A stretch of 62,867 bases of DNA from an uncultured bacterium. Its GTDB lineage: Bacteria; Fidelibacterota; Marinisomatia; Marinisomatales; UBA1611. Where the stretch lies: NCBI GenBank assembly GCA_964561495.1, contig CAZLPW010000006.1, positions 1 through 62,867 on the forward strand, read 5' to 3'. Within the stretch, counting starts at the first letter, position 1; every line of letters begins with the position of its first letter. The translations under genes and the position numbers were made by a program. Below are positions 1-14,630 of the stretch, piece by piece. Under the pieces are notes generated by a model. The model ran no database searches. It was not told the DNA's origin and worked only from the letters and a program-made list of their open reading frames with translations.

Positions 1-254
1 ATATGTACTTATAGTATTATTTGGCATAAAGAAGGGGCGTCTCAAAAGCATTAATCAAAAAACGACCAAAAGCCTGAAAATACTGACATTTTATCAGTCG
101 TCAATAGATTAAAGGTAGCCAAGAAATATTTTCCACGTACAGTTATTATTGCTTATTTAGGAGTAGCTAAATCAATACTAAGAATGGTCTCAAATATGCA
201 GCTTAGACGAGCAATAAAAGTGATAAAAAAAATATTTTAGATCATCGAATAAAA

Positions 255-1364
255 ATGAATCAAGTTATTCTAAATGCGACCTGCATAGGCTCAAAACCAG
301 ATGGGATAGGAGTCTATTGTCGGAATATAATTGAGAGAATTATCATAAAAAATACATTGGTTAAATATATTATATATATTAACCAAGAAGCATTGGAGAT
401 GATGCCACACCTTACAAATACAGATCAGGTCATTATAAAAGTAATCCCTAGGTTCCTTTCACCAAAATACGGTTTTTTTGGCCACTTACTTCGTTTTCTA
501 TTTAGTAATTACTTGTCATTGGTTTACCCTCGAACAATCATATTTAACCCTAGCCAGCTAGAGGCATCTTTAAATAATAAGAATCAAATTCTAATGGTCC
601 ATGATTTGATACCTCTTCTTTTTCATAATGACCCAATTTTAAGGAACCCAATACAATTTTTCTTTTTTAAATATATTTTAGGTACTGCAATTAGAAATTC
701 TGCTGCTGTTCTTGCTCCGTCTAAACATACAATGACATTAATTAAAAAAGAATATTATCCAAAATCAGAAAAAACGTTTGTGATTCCAAATGGTATAGAT
801 AGCCCAGAAAGTATTAAGGCTCCAAAAAAGGAAGAAAATTTCATTCTTTATGTTGGTAGACTCTCAGTAACAAAAAATATAACAGCTTTAATTGATGCAT
901 ATCGAAAAATTGCAGATAAAGTTTCTCATAAGCTGATTATTGCAGGTGGTGGTAATAATAAATTTCTAATTGATGGTGACCCAGGAGGTCCAGGAACTAT
1001 TGAATATGTTGGCTATGTATCTGATAAAAAGAAGGATCTTCTTTTATCTAAAGCATCGTTATTTGTTTTCCCCTCGTTTTATGAGGGTTTTGGATTCCCT
1101 CCTTTAGAGGCAATGGGACATGGTTGTCCAACCATAGTCTCTAAAGTTTCCAGTTTACCTGAAATATGTGGAGAGGCAAGCCTATATATTGACCCAAATA
1201 ATACTTACAATATTGCAAATGTGATGATTAAGCTTCTGTCAAATAATAAATTAAAGAATCAATTAGTAAAGTTAGGATATGATCAAGTAAAAAAATATAC
1301 ATGGGAGCGATCTGCAGTTGGACATGTAAATGTTATTGATCTTATAAAAAGTAGGGAAAAATGA
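255..1364 (+). CDS. Glycosyltransferase, GT-B fold, family 4 type
   Basis: 369-aa ORF. C-terminal half has the GT4 signature YVGRL...FPSFYEGFGFPPLEAMGHGCPTIVS (E-x7-E region). Stop overlaps the next start (ATGA). Confidence 0.8.
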   Translation: MNQVILNATCIGSKPDGIGVYCRNIIERIIIKNTLVKYIIYINQEALEMMPHLTNTDQVIIKVIPRFLSPKYGFFGHLLRFLFSNYLSLVYPRTIIFNPSQLEASLNNKNQILMVHDLIPLLFHNDPILRNPIQFFFFKYILGTAIRNSAAVLAPSKHTMTLIKKEYYPKSEKTFVIPNGIDSPESIKAPKKEENFILYVGRLSVTKNITALIDAYRKIADKVSHKLIIAGGGNNKFLIDGDPGGPGTIEYVGYVSDKKKDLLLSKASLFVFPSFYEGFGFPPLEAMGHGCPTIVSKVSSLPEICGEASLYIDPNNTYNIANVMIKLLSNNKLKNQLVKLGYDQVKKYTWERSAVGHVNVIDLIKSREK

Positions 1365-2482
1365 AAGTTGCTATTATTCATTATTGGTTTTATGGTATGC
1401 GAGGTGGTGAAAAAGTAGTAAAAGAAATTTTAAAAATATTTCCTGAAGCTGATATTTTTTCTCACCTATTTATTCCTGAAAATCTCGATGAAGAGATTTT
1501 AAAGCATCGGGTGAATACAACTTTTATCAATTCTATGCCATTATCCAAGAAATTATATCAAGCATATTTACCTCTAATGCCATGGGCGTTAAAGATGCTA
1601 GAACTGGATAATTATGATTTAATCATATCAAGTGAATCTGGACCAGCAAAAGGCGTTGCAAAGAACCCTAAGGCAAAACATATTTGTTATTGTCACTCAC
1701 CCATGAGATATATTTGGGACCAGCAATCAGTATACCTTGAACAGAGCGGAATTTTTAAACGATGGTACCTGAAAAGCATAACACCTTTTATGCGCAGGTG
1801 GGATATCCAATCATCGGAGAAAGTAGATCACTTTATTGCTAATTCATCTTTTGTTAGTAAACGGATCAAGCGTATATATAATAGGCCCTCTAATGTAATA
1901 CATCCCCCAGTTGATCTTGATTCCTTTAAAATATTAAAACCTAAAGAGAACTACTTTATACTAGCTGGGCAGCTGGTATCTTACAAGCGTCCAGATATTG
2001 CGATAGAAGCATTTAACGAGCTTAAACTCCCTCTTAAAGTGATTGGTACTGGGGATATGGTTAAGCATCTTAAAGGAATCGCTAAAGAAAATATAGAGTT
2101 TCTTGGTTTTATCAGTGATCAGGAGTACCAATCTATTTTATCTAAAGCAAGAGCATTAATATTTCCTGGGGTAGAGGATTTTGGTATTGTACCTGTTGAA
2201 GCCCAAGCCGCGGGAACACCTGTGATCGCTCTTGCAGAAGGGGGCGCACTTGAGACAGTAGCGGGGTTTTATGCTCAAAAAGGGCCAGAACCAGATAAAA
2301 ATTATTCGGGTCTCTTTTTTGAAAAACCTATTTCTGGGGATTTAATCAATGGTATACGTATATTTATCGATAATGAGAGTATTTTTTCTTCAAATTTTTG
2401 TCAAGAAAATGCAAAACAATTTTCAAAAGAAAAATTTTATAAAGAATTTTCAAACTTTGTTGATAGAGTTCTAAAAAAATGA
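1361..2482 (+). CDS. Glycosyltransferase, GT-B fold, family 4 type
   Basis: 373-aa ORF with FPGVEDFGIVPVEAQAAGTPVIALAEGGALETV, typical of GT4 retaining transferases. Translationally coupled on both sides. Confidence 0.8.
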   Translation: MKVAIIHYWFYGMRGGEKVVKEILKIFPEADIFSHLFIPENLDEEILKHRVNTTFINSMPLSKKLYQAYLPLMPWALKMLELDNYDLIISSESGPAKGVAKNPKAKHICYCHSPMRYIWDQQSVYLEQSGIFKRWYLKSITPFMRRWDIQSSEKVDHFIANSSFVSKRIKRIYNRPSNVIHPPVDLDSFKILKPKENYFILAGQLVSYKRPDIAIEAFNELKLPLKVIGTGDMVKHLKGIAKENIEFLGFISDQEYQSILSKARALIFPGVEDFGIVPVEAQAAGTPVIALAEGGALETVAGFYAQKGPEPDKNYSGLFFEKPISGDLINGIRIFIDNESIFSSNFCQENAKQFSKEKFYKEFSNFVDRVLKK

Positions 2483-3894
2483 AGCGCCCGCGCGGAATAT
2501 TAAAAAATAATGCTACGGCATTATTATTTATATCCAAAATAATTAATCCTGTAATAGTCATGCTCGCAGGCAATCTTTCTTTTTATTATTATTTATTTCC
2601 AAAAGATGAGTTTGATTTTTTACCACCACGCTATCAAATGGCAATATTGATTGGGACATTATTCACGATCCTTATTTTTAATTGGTTTGATCTATATAAA
2701 CCTTGGAGAGGAATAAGTATTTGGCAAGAATTAAGGTTGGTTTTTTTATCATGGGGTATGGTTATTCTAGTCTTAACACTTATTTCTTTCTTTACAAAGA
2801 CCAGTCAAGATTTTTCAAGGGTATGGATAATTAGTTGGTGGGTTTTTTCTCTTTTGTTAATGGTGTCATTTCGTTTATTTGTCCGATTGAGCCTAAACTA
2901 CTTTCGAGCACAGGGCTTTAACCAGCGTCAGGTTATCATTGCGGGGGCAGGTTCATTAGGTAAAAAGATATCTTCTAGACTTCAAATTGCTCCGTGGACT
3001 GGAATTGATATCATCGCTTATTTTGATGATGACGGCTCAAAAGAAGGACAATTGATCAATAATATTCCTGTCAAGGGTAACCTAGGTGAGATTGGTAGCT
3101 TTCTTGAAAAAAATACTGTGGATCAGGTCTGGATTGCCCTTCCGATTGATGCTGGGAAAAAAATCTCAGAGCTTATGCGTTTGATATCTACTTATGATTC
3201 TGTTGAAATACGCCTTGTTCCTGATATTTTTGATTTTCGTTTGCTAAATTTTTCTGTATCAGAAATAGTTGGTTTACCAGTCCTTAATCTTACTGACTCA
3301 CCCATGTATGGAATAAATAAAGTCTCGAAAAAAATTGAAGATCTGGTTGTGTCAATTTTAGCTCTTCTTTTATTGCTACCTGTTTTTAGTATTATAGCGT
3401 TAGGAGTCAAGCTAAGCTCTAGAGGTCCAGTCTTTTATAAACAAGAGAGAATGAGCTGGAATGGTTCTACTTTTAATATGTTAAAATTCAGATCTATGCC
3501 ACAAAATGCTGAAGAAGAAACAGGCGCTAAGTGGGCAAATAAAGATGATAATAGAGCCACCAGATTCGGAGGATTTTTGCGACGGACAAGTCTTGATGAA
3601 CTGCCTCAACTTATCAATGTTATAAAAGGTGATATGTCGATCGTGGGGCCCCGTCCAGAGCGCCCAATTTTTATAGAAAAATTCAAAAAGGAAATCCCAG
3701 ATTATATGAACAAGCACCTTGTGAAAGCTGGCATAACTGGTTGGGCTCAAGCTAACGGATGGAGGGGTGATACAGATTTAGCTACCAGAATTGAATATGA
3801 TTTATATTATATTGAGAATTGGTCAATCCTTTTTGATATAAAAATTATGCTCATAACATTGTTTGGAGGCATGACAGGCAAGAATGCCTACTAA
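2479..3894 (+). CDS. Polyprenyl-phosphate hexose-1-phosphate transferase (WcaJ/WbaP/EpsL-type priming sugar transferase)
   Basis: 471 aa with N-terminal TM helices and a central Rossmann-like VIIAGAGSLGKK. C-terminal bacterial sugar-transferase domain: RGPVFYKQERMSWNG..F.MLKFRSM...DELPQLINVIKGDMSIVGPRPERP. Confidence 0.85.
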   Translation: MKRPRGILKNNATALLFISKIINPVIVMLAGNLSFYYYLFPKDEFDFLPPRYQMAILIGTLFTILIFNWFDLYKPWRGISIWQELRLVFLSWGMVILVLTLISFFTKTSQDFSRVWIISWWVFSLLLMVSFRLFVRLSLNYFRAQGFNQRQVIIAGAGSLGKKISSRLQIAPWTGIDIIAYFDDDGSKEGQLINNIPVKGNLGEIGSFLEKNTVDQVWIALPIDAGKKISELMRLISTYDSVEIRLVPDIFDFRLLNFSVSEIVGLPVLNLTDSPMYGINKVSKKIEDLVVSILALLLLLPVFSIIALGVKLSSRGPVFYKQERMSWNGSTFNMLKFRSMPQNAEEETGAKWANKDDNRATRFGGFLRRTSLDELPQLINVIKGDMSIVGPRPERPIFIEKFKKEIPDYMNKHLVKAGITGWAQANGWRGDTDLATRIEYDLYYIENWSILFDIKIMLITLFGGMTGKNAY

Positions 3895-3994
3895 TTACTG
3901 CTACATTAAATAAACCAAATTCTTTAATTCTATATTTTGTTATTTTTACGATATTAAATTATAGAACTGAAAAAAACTTTGTATTTTCAGGTAA

Positions 3995-5000
3995 ATGGAA
4001 TCTGTCTTTACAGTTGCTCAGCCTTGTTTTCTTGCAAATCAGGTTGAGTCCGTTATTTATAAATATTATGGTTTCAAATGTTTTGCTGAAGATATTTACA
4101 GTGATCGTGATCAAAACTTTTATATTCGAACTCCCGATGATAAAGAGTATATATTTAAAATTTCTAATTTATTGGAAAAAAAGTCTGTAATTATTATGCA
4201 AAACGAGTCTATCAAGTTTATTTTTAGAAAAGACCCCAAATTAATGATCCCATTACTATGTAAATCTATGTTGGGAGATGAAATATTGGAATATCATTAT
4301 AAAGACAATCTGTTTTATATGCGACTATTACATTTTATCCCTGGTAATTTTATAAAGGACCAAAAGAAAAATAAAGATAGTCTTTTTAAAATTGGTTCTT
4401 TTTTAGCGAGGCTTGATAACGCATTAGATGGCTTTGACCATAAAGCAGGTCACAGAAATTTTCCCTGGAATTTATCTCAAAATGGGTTTTTAATTGATTT
4501 TGGTGATGGTCTAAAGAAAAAAAAATGCAGGTCGATTGTTGAATCATTTTTAATAAAAAAAATGGATTATTTAAATGAAAATCATTTTTATTTGAGAAAA
4601 GGAATTATTCATAATGATGGAAATGATCATAATATTATCGCAGATGATTATGGAAATGCTATTGGTATAATTGATTTTGGTGACATGGCATATTCATACA
4701 TAGCTTCAGAGCCTGCGATTGCAATGGCGTATGTCTCTATTGATAGCAAAGATCCTTTCTTAGATATGGCAAGTGTTTTAAAAGGGTTTCATAAGTTTTA
4801 TAAACTATCAGATGCTGAGTTGTGTTTTACAATCTATCTAGTATGCCTCCGTTTATCTATATCAGTCACAATGTCGAGCTATCGTAGCGGACTTTTCCCT
4901 GATAATAAGTATTTGACAATTTCCGAAAATCACGCCTGGAATTTTTTAAAAAAAATGCAAAATGAAAATTTAGAAGATTGGGGCGATAGACTTCTTAATT

Positions 5001-5014
<14 letters not shown>
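3995..5014 (+). CDS. APH-fold (aminoglycoside phosphotransferase / homoserine kinase II-like) small-molecule kinase; possibly amino-alcohol (hydroxylysine-type) kinase
   Basis: 339 aa. Catalytic loop IIHNDGNDHNII (HxDxxxxN) and metal-binding IIDFGDM. 14-nt overlap with the downstream class-III PLP enzyme. Substrate not determinable from sequence. Confidence 0.6.
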
Positions 5015-9483
<4,469 letters not shown>

Positions 9484-9541
9484 TTAATATAATATGGGTG
9501 GATCTATTTAATTATTAAATTATCATCAAATATTTATAATT

Positions 9542-10549
9542 ATGAGATATTCTGATAAGTACTTTATGAAAAAAGCTATCGCCGAAGCTTTAAAAGCAGA
9601 TTCTGAGGTATATCCAAATCCAAAAGTTGGATGTGTAATTGTGAAAGATGAAAAAATAATTGGGCGAGGCTATCATAGAAAATTTGGTTCTGCACATGCA
9701 GAGGAAGTAGCGGTTAAATCAGCACCTAAAAAATTGCATAATGCAAGTATATATATAACCTTAGAGCCATGTGCGCATTTTGGTAAGCGCCCTCCATGCA
9801 TTGACTTGATTAATAAATATAATTTTAAAAAAGTTGTTATAGCAAATTTGGATCCTAGTCCAATAGCAGAGGGTGGGATTAAGAATCTGAGAACTAATGG
9901 TGTAAAAGTTATTACTGGTGTTTGTGAATCGGAGGCAAAACAAATTAATCGTAGATTTTTTACTTTTCATGAAAAGGGGAGGCCATATGTTATTTTAAAA
10001 TACGCTTCAACACTGGACGGTTTTTTAGCGAAAAAAAATGGCAACTCTAAATGGATTACTGGAAAATCGGCTCGCCGATCAGGCTACAAATTAAGAGCCG
10101 AATGTGATGCAATACTTTTAGGTTCAAAAACCATTTTAAAAGATAATCCCGATTTATCTAGTCATGGAGTTGGTAGGGACCCCTTAATTGTTGTAGTAAA
10201 TCCTAACACCTCTATACCAACTGACTTTAGTATTCACAAAAAAAAACCATTATTTATAAAAAATGGGTTAACAAAGGATAAGAAAAGAAATATTCCCATT
10301 ATTTTAGATCAGTTGAAATTTAATGGTATTCAGTCATTGCTTGTTGAAGGAGGCGGTCAGACTATTGGTGCTTTCATAGAGTCCGAAATATTTGATGAAA
10401 TCAACCTATATCTTGCCCCTAAATTTTTAGGCGCAGGTATACCAGTTTATTCAAAAATTGGTAATTTAGAAGATGTATATAATTTAACAATTGATAAAGT
10501 AGAAATTTTTGAGAAGGACGTTCGGATAAAATATTTTAGGAATTGGTAA
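9542..10549 (+). CDS. ribD: Bifunctional diaminohydroxyphosphoribosylaminopyrimidine deaminase / 5-amino-6-(5-phosphoribosylamino)uracil reductase
   Basis: 335 aa. Zn-deaminase motifs HAEEVA and PCAHFGKRPPC. C-terminal reductase domain with LLVEGGGQT. Confidence 0.9.
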   Translation: MRYSDKYFMKKAIAEALKADSEVYPNPKVGCVIVKDEKIIGRGYHRKFGSAHAEEVAVKSAPKKLHNASIYITLEPCAHFGKRPPCIDLINKYNFKKVVIANLDPSPIAEGGIKNLRTNGVKVITGVCESEAKQINRRFFTFHEKGRPYVILKYASTLDGFLAKKNGNSKWITGKSARRSGYKLRAECDAILLGSKTILKDNPDLSSHGVGRDPLIVVVNPNTSIPTDFSIHKKKPLFIKNGLTKDKKRNIPIILDQLKFNGIQSLLVEGGGQTIGAFIESEIFDEINLYLAPKFLGAGIPVYSKIGNLEDVYNLTIDKVEIFEKDVRIKYFRNW

Positions 10550-11136
10550 TGTTTACTGGTATAGTGGAGGAAAAAGGAATAGTTAGATCTGTAAGTCAGA
10601 ATTCAGATGGTTTAGTGGTTGATGTCCAGGGTAGCCTGATTTTTAATGATCTCAATATTAATGATAGTATCTCTTGTTCAGGAATTTGTCTAACGGTAAT
10701 TAAAATAAAAGATAATATTTTTACGGTTCAGATAGTTGATGAGACCATTAATCGGTCTAATGCAGGCAATTGGCAGAAAGGGACTCAAATAAATTTAGAA
10801 CGCGCATTGCTACCAACTACCAGGCTTGGAGGACATTTTATTCAAGGGCATATTGATTCTATTATCTCGGTAATTAAGGTATATGAAAAAGATCGCTCAG
10901 CTTGGATGAGATTTGAATTAGAAAATTCATTCGAAAAGTACATTATTCAAAAGGGTTCGGTCGCATTAGATGGGGTTAGTTTAACAGTCGCAAAGAAGAA
11001 TACTAAGGACTTTGAAGTGGCGGTTATTCCACATACAATGGAGCTTACCACTTTTGGTTCCTTAAAGACTGGCTGTACTGTTAATTTGGAAGTAGATATG
11101 ATGGCTAAATATTTAGAAAACCTAATAAAAAAATAG
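10549..11136 (+). CDS. ribE: Riboflavin synthase (alpha chain)
   Basis: Starts MFTGIVEEKG at ATG 10549, in a TAATG overlap with the ribD stop. The track's TTG at 10543 adds two unlikely residues. Internal duplicated lumazine-binding halves (second half GHFIQGHID...GSVALDGVSLTV). Confidence 0.9.
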   Translation: MFTGIVEEKGIVRSVSQNSDGLVVDVQGSLIFNDLNINDSISCSGICLTVIKIKDNIFTVQIVDETINRSNAGNWQKGTQINLERALLPTTRLGGHFIQGHIDSIISVIKVYEKDRSAWMRFELENSFEKYIIQKGSVALDGVSLTVAKKNTKDFEVAVIPHTMELTTFGSLKTGCTVNLEVDMMAKYLENLIKK

Positions 11137-11138
11137 AA

Positions 11139-12338
11139 ATGAAATTCCACACTATTCCAGATGCTGTGAAAGATATTAGCAATGGCAAAATGATAATTGT
11201 CGTAGATAACGAAGATCGTGAAAATGAAGGTGACATAGTTATGGCATCTGAACTAATCACTCCAGACGCTGTTAATTTTATGGCTAGGGAAGCTCGAGGT
11301 TTGATTTGTGTTTCAATTAGCGAGAAAAGAGCAAAAGAGTTATATCTTGAACAAATGAATCGTAGAAATACAAGCTTACATGAGACTGCTTTTACCGTTA
11401 GCGTTGATGCAAAGAATAATACAACTACTGGAATTTCAGCTTTTGACCGGGCTGAAACAATACGCGTATTAATCTCAGAAAATTCTTCGCCAGATGATTT
11501 GGCAAAGCCAGGTCATATTTTTCCAATTGTTGGAAAAGAGGGGGGCGTTTTAAGGAGGGCAGGTCATACGGAAGCCAGTATGGATTTATCTGTTCTCGCT
11601 GGATTAAAGGCTAGTGGTGTCATTTGTGAGATTATGTCAAAAGATGGTTCAATGGCTAGGCGTGATGAACTTCTATCGTTTGCCAAAAATCATAAATTGA
11701 AGATTATAACTATATCTGATTTAATTCGATACCGTAGAAAAATTGAGACCATTGTTAATAAAGTTGAGCAAATTAACTTACCAACTCTTTATGGTGATTT
11801 TCAATTACACCTTTTTGATGATCTCTATGGAGGTGGAACCCACTTAGCTCTTACTCTAGGTGAAGTAGGGAATAAACAACCTACTCTTGTGAGAGTTCAT
11901 TCTGAATGTTTGACAGGAGATGTATTTGGTTCTCAAAGATGTGATTGTGGGGCTCAATTAGATTTAGCAATGAAAACTATTTCAGATAAGGGATCAGGAA
12001 TTATTGTCTATTTAAGACAAGAAGGACGTGGCATTGGCTTGAAGCATAAAATTCAAGCATACAAATTACAAGAAGGTGGTATGGATACAGTAGAGGCTAA
12101 TGAAAAATTAGGTTTCCCGCCTGATATGCGCGATTATGGGGTAGGTGCAGAGATTTTAAAAAACCTAGGCGCTAAGGAACTAATCGTAATGACAAATAAT
12201 CCCAAAAAGTTAATTGGGCTTGAAGGGTATGGTTTAAATATTGTTGATCGGATACCAATAGTTACTACGCCGACTAATGAAAACTCTAAATATTTAAAAA
12301 CCAAAAAAGAAAAACTAGATCATAAATTAGAATTATGA
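11139..12338 (+). CDS. ribBA: Bifunctional 3,4-dihydroxy-2-butanone-4-phosphate synthase / GTP cyclohydrolase II
   Basis: 399 aa. DHBPS motif VVDNEDRENEGD...GHTEAS. GCH-II zinc motif VRVHSECLTGDVFGSQRCDCG and YLRQEGRGIGL. Confidence 0.92.
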   Translation: MKFHTIPDAVKDISNGKMIIVVDNEDRENEGDIVMASELITPDAVNFMAREARGLICVSISEKRAKELYLEQMNRRNTSLHETAFTVSVDAKNNTTTGISAFDRAETIRVLISENSSPDDLAKPGHIFPIVGKEGGVLRRAGHTEASMDLSVLAGLKASGVICEIMSKDGSMARRDELLSFAKNHKLKIITISDLIRYRRKIETIVNKVEQINLPTLYGDFQLHLFDDLYGGGTHLALTLGEVGNKQPTLVRVHSECLTGDVFGSQRCDCGAQLDLAMKTISDKGSGIIVYLRQEGRGIGLKHKIQAYKLQEGGMDTVEANEKLGFPPDMRDYGVGAEILKNLGAKELIVMTNNPKKLIGLEGYGLNIVDRIPIVTTPTNENSKYLKTKKEKLDHKLEL

Positions 12339-12760
12339 TTGCAATTGTAGTCAGCAAATTTAACGGTGAGATTACTAATGGTCTTTTAGATGGTTGTTTA
12401 AAAGCATTTAAAAAATTTCATTTTTCCTCAGAAAATGTTACGGTAGAATATGTTCCAGGTGCGTTTGAATTACCAGCATCAGTTCTTAACCTCTGCCGTG
12501 ATTCAGAAAATCATATAGTTATTGCTTTGGGCTGCGTTATAAAAGGGGAGACTGACCATTATCACTACATATGTGAATCAGTCTCAAAAGGACTAATGGA
12601 TGTTTCTTTAAAAGTAAAAACGCCTACATTATTTGGTGTATTGACTTGTCAAAATGTAAAACTTGCTACTGATCGTAGTAGTGACAATCTAGACAAGAAT
12701 AAAGGATATGAGGTTGGTATATCAGCAATGCGTTTAATGGAGAAAAATCAATTAATTTGA
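12335..12760 (+). CDS. ribH: 6,7-dimethyl-8-ribityllumazine synthase
   Basis: 141 aa. Motifs IAIVVSKFNGEIT, VPGAFELP, LGCVIKGETDHYHYI. ATGA overlap with ribBA. Confidence 0.85.
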   Translation: MIAIVVSKFNGEITNGLLDGCLKAFKKFHFSSENVTVEYVPGAFELPASVLNLCRDSENHIVIALGCVIKGETDHYHYICESVSKGLMDVSLKVKTPTLFGVLTCQNVKLATDRSSDNLDKNKGYEVGISAMRLMEKNQLI

Positions 12761-13010
12761 TAAATAAGGAATATATATTTTCTATTCAAAAAATTCTTTT
12801 TTTATAACTAGTATTTTCATAGTCAATCTTTCTTTTATTTTTGGCCAAGAATCGGTTCGTCAGTCTGTAAAATATAAAAAAATTCAAAAACGAATACAAA
12901 AAGGCTGGAATACATGGAATAACCAAAGTGTATTACAACATGTTTTATTACCACAGGGGTTCGGAATTAATTTATCATTTAAAAAGCAAGATAATTTAAA
13001 TGAGCAATTT

Positions 13011-14630
13011 TTGACGAAATCTGTTATTCACGAAAGCAAAGATAATTCCTGCAAAATTATTCTTGGTAGCCATAGTCTCGATGGTAGCTACACTGAGTTA
13101 GATATAGAATTGGGAAAAATTAATTTTAATATTAAGTCTGCACATGTAGGAAAGGATTTGGTAATTCTTATTGATCCTGGTGAATTGCCGAAAAATGAAG
13201 TAAAACTAGTTTTGGAGACTATGCTATTATGGAATAGTAAGGGAAACTTTAGTCGGAATCAAACAATGCTTAAAGCAGTTCTACCTGGGAAAATTGTTAA
13301 AATTTTTACAACAGAAAAAGAAGTCGTCGAAGATCCTTATATTCCGACAAAAACACCCTATCTTTGCTTTTGGCTTAATAGGAAGATTGGTATCTCAACT
13401 GGAATAAAAAGATCCATTCCTCAGATACAGTCTATAATCAATCTAGAAAAAAAAAGAATGCAAAATCGTGCAAGTATTTATGACGATCTTTCTAAAATAT
13501 ATTCGGCCATTGAATCATCATTAGGATGGAGCCTCGTTTTTGAACCTAGGTTTCATCGTGTAATATCAACAATGGATCGTTCAAATGGTGGAAGGAATGA
13601 AGGCCAATATTCTCTTAATTGGGACAACTTCTTTTTATCTTATTTATCAGGAATTTTCAGTCAAGACCTTGCCTATGTTAATATAATAGAACTTTTCCAC
13701 GTTCAGGAAGGGGAGGACTCTATTATAAAAAATAACATATTAAATAAAATTGAAGATATTGAGATGCCCACAATTCCAATAGGTAGTGTTTTAGTTAAAG
13801 AAATATATAAGATGCATCCAAACATGTGGTTTCTAGAATCTTGTTTTGAAGGCTTGCTTGGCTGGAATAGATGGTGGCCAAGAAATAGAATAAATAATGG
13901 ACTTCTTAGCTATAGCCAATCAGATATAAAAAAATATATAAATAAATCCAAAAATGGCACTTCTAATGGGAATGATAATAGTATGTATCTTTTTCCAATT
14001 TACAATGATGTCAATTACAATAAAAAAACAGGGAATTTCTTATTGCAGGATGTTGGGTTAAACAGTTTATATATAGCTGACTGTGTTGCCTTACTTGAAA
14101 TTGCAAAAATATTAAATCGGAATGAGGAGGCTTTGGAGCTGGAGTCTCGTATTAAATATTTTAAAAGGGAGATGGAGGGTCTTTGGGGTAAATATTATGG
14201 TGCATATCTTAATTATAATACAGAATCTGATACACTATCTAAGAGCATTCATGGTACAATATTTTTCCCATTATTAGCTCAATTAGGAGACGCTGAGCAA
14301 AAAGAAAGTATTTTAAATAAATTTAATAATGAAAAGTTTATTCTTTATGAAGATGGAATGTGGCCAGCTATTAATTTTTTAACTTATTTAAGCTTTCGCA
14401 AATCTGGTTTTATTAAAGAAGCAAAAGAGTTGTCATTTAAATCTAATCAATTATTAAAATTGGGTTTAAATAAAGAAGAATATTTAATTGCAAATCCTTT
14501 TAATAATTCAAACACTTTAGATTTGGCTGGTCTGGTATCAAAAAAATATAGTTTTGACATTGCTCTGCTTGGTATAATGGAGTTTATTGAAAGGGGTTTG
14601 ATTCCAAAACCAGAATTATTAATAAAATGA
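13011..14630 (+). CDS. Putative (alpha/alpha)6-barrel glycoside hydrolase (GH63/GH37-like glucosidase type); true start probably upstream (see findings)
   Basis: Motifs resemble clan GH-G/L enzymes: NWDNFFLSYL, LLGWNRWW, VGLNSLYIADCVALLEIAKIL, FFPLLAQLGD, MWPAINFLTY. The frame stays open back to 12768 and there encodes a signal-peptide-like segment and GWNTWN. 13011 is only the first canonical (TTG) start. Confidence 0.5.
   Translation: MTKSVIHESKDNSCKIILGSHSLDGSYTELDIELGKINFNIKSAHVGKDLVILIDPGELPKNEVKLVLETMLLWNSKGNFSRNQTMLKAVLPGKIVKIFTTEKEVVEDPYIPTKTPYLCFWLNRKIGISTGIKRSIPQIQSIINLEKKRMQNRASIYDDLSKIYSAIESSLGWSLVFEPRFHRVISTMDRSNGGRNEGQYSLNWDNFFLSYLSGIFSQDLAYVNIIELFHVQEGEDSIIKNNILNKIEDIEMPTIPIGSVLVKEIYKMHPNMWFLESCFEGLLGWNRWWPRNRINNGLLSYSQSDIKKYINKSKNGTSNGNDNSMYLFPIYNDVNYNKKTGNFLLQDVGLNSLYIADCVALLEIAKILNRNEEALELESRIKYFKREMEGLWGKYYGAYLNYNTESDTLSKSIHGTIFFPLLAQLGDAEQKESILNKFNNEKFILYEDGMWPAINFLTYLSFRKSGFIKEAKELSFKSNQLLKLGLNKEEYLIANPFNNSNTLDLAGLVSKKYSFDIALLGIMEFIERGLIPKPELLIK

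Noticed and set aside
1-254. Possible 3' end of an upstream gene. Frame 2 (2-112) reads YVLIVLFGIKKGRLKSINQKTTKSLKILTFYQSSID*. A second open stretch in frame 1 (55-240) ends IKVIKKIF*.
   Set aside because: The fragments are too short, and two competing frames have no start codon. No family can be assigned. I only note that the first is hydrophobic and could be the tail of a membrane protein such as a flippase or polymerase.
12761-13010. Alternative genetic code as the explanation for the missing start codon or long open leader of ORF 13011.
   Set aside because: TAA, TAG and TGA all terminate well-supported genes in this window at positions matching family lengths (for example TGA for lacZ, ppd and GT4; TAG for pepM; TAA for ribD). 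The standard bacterial code applies.
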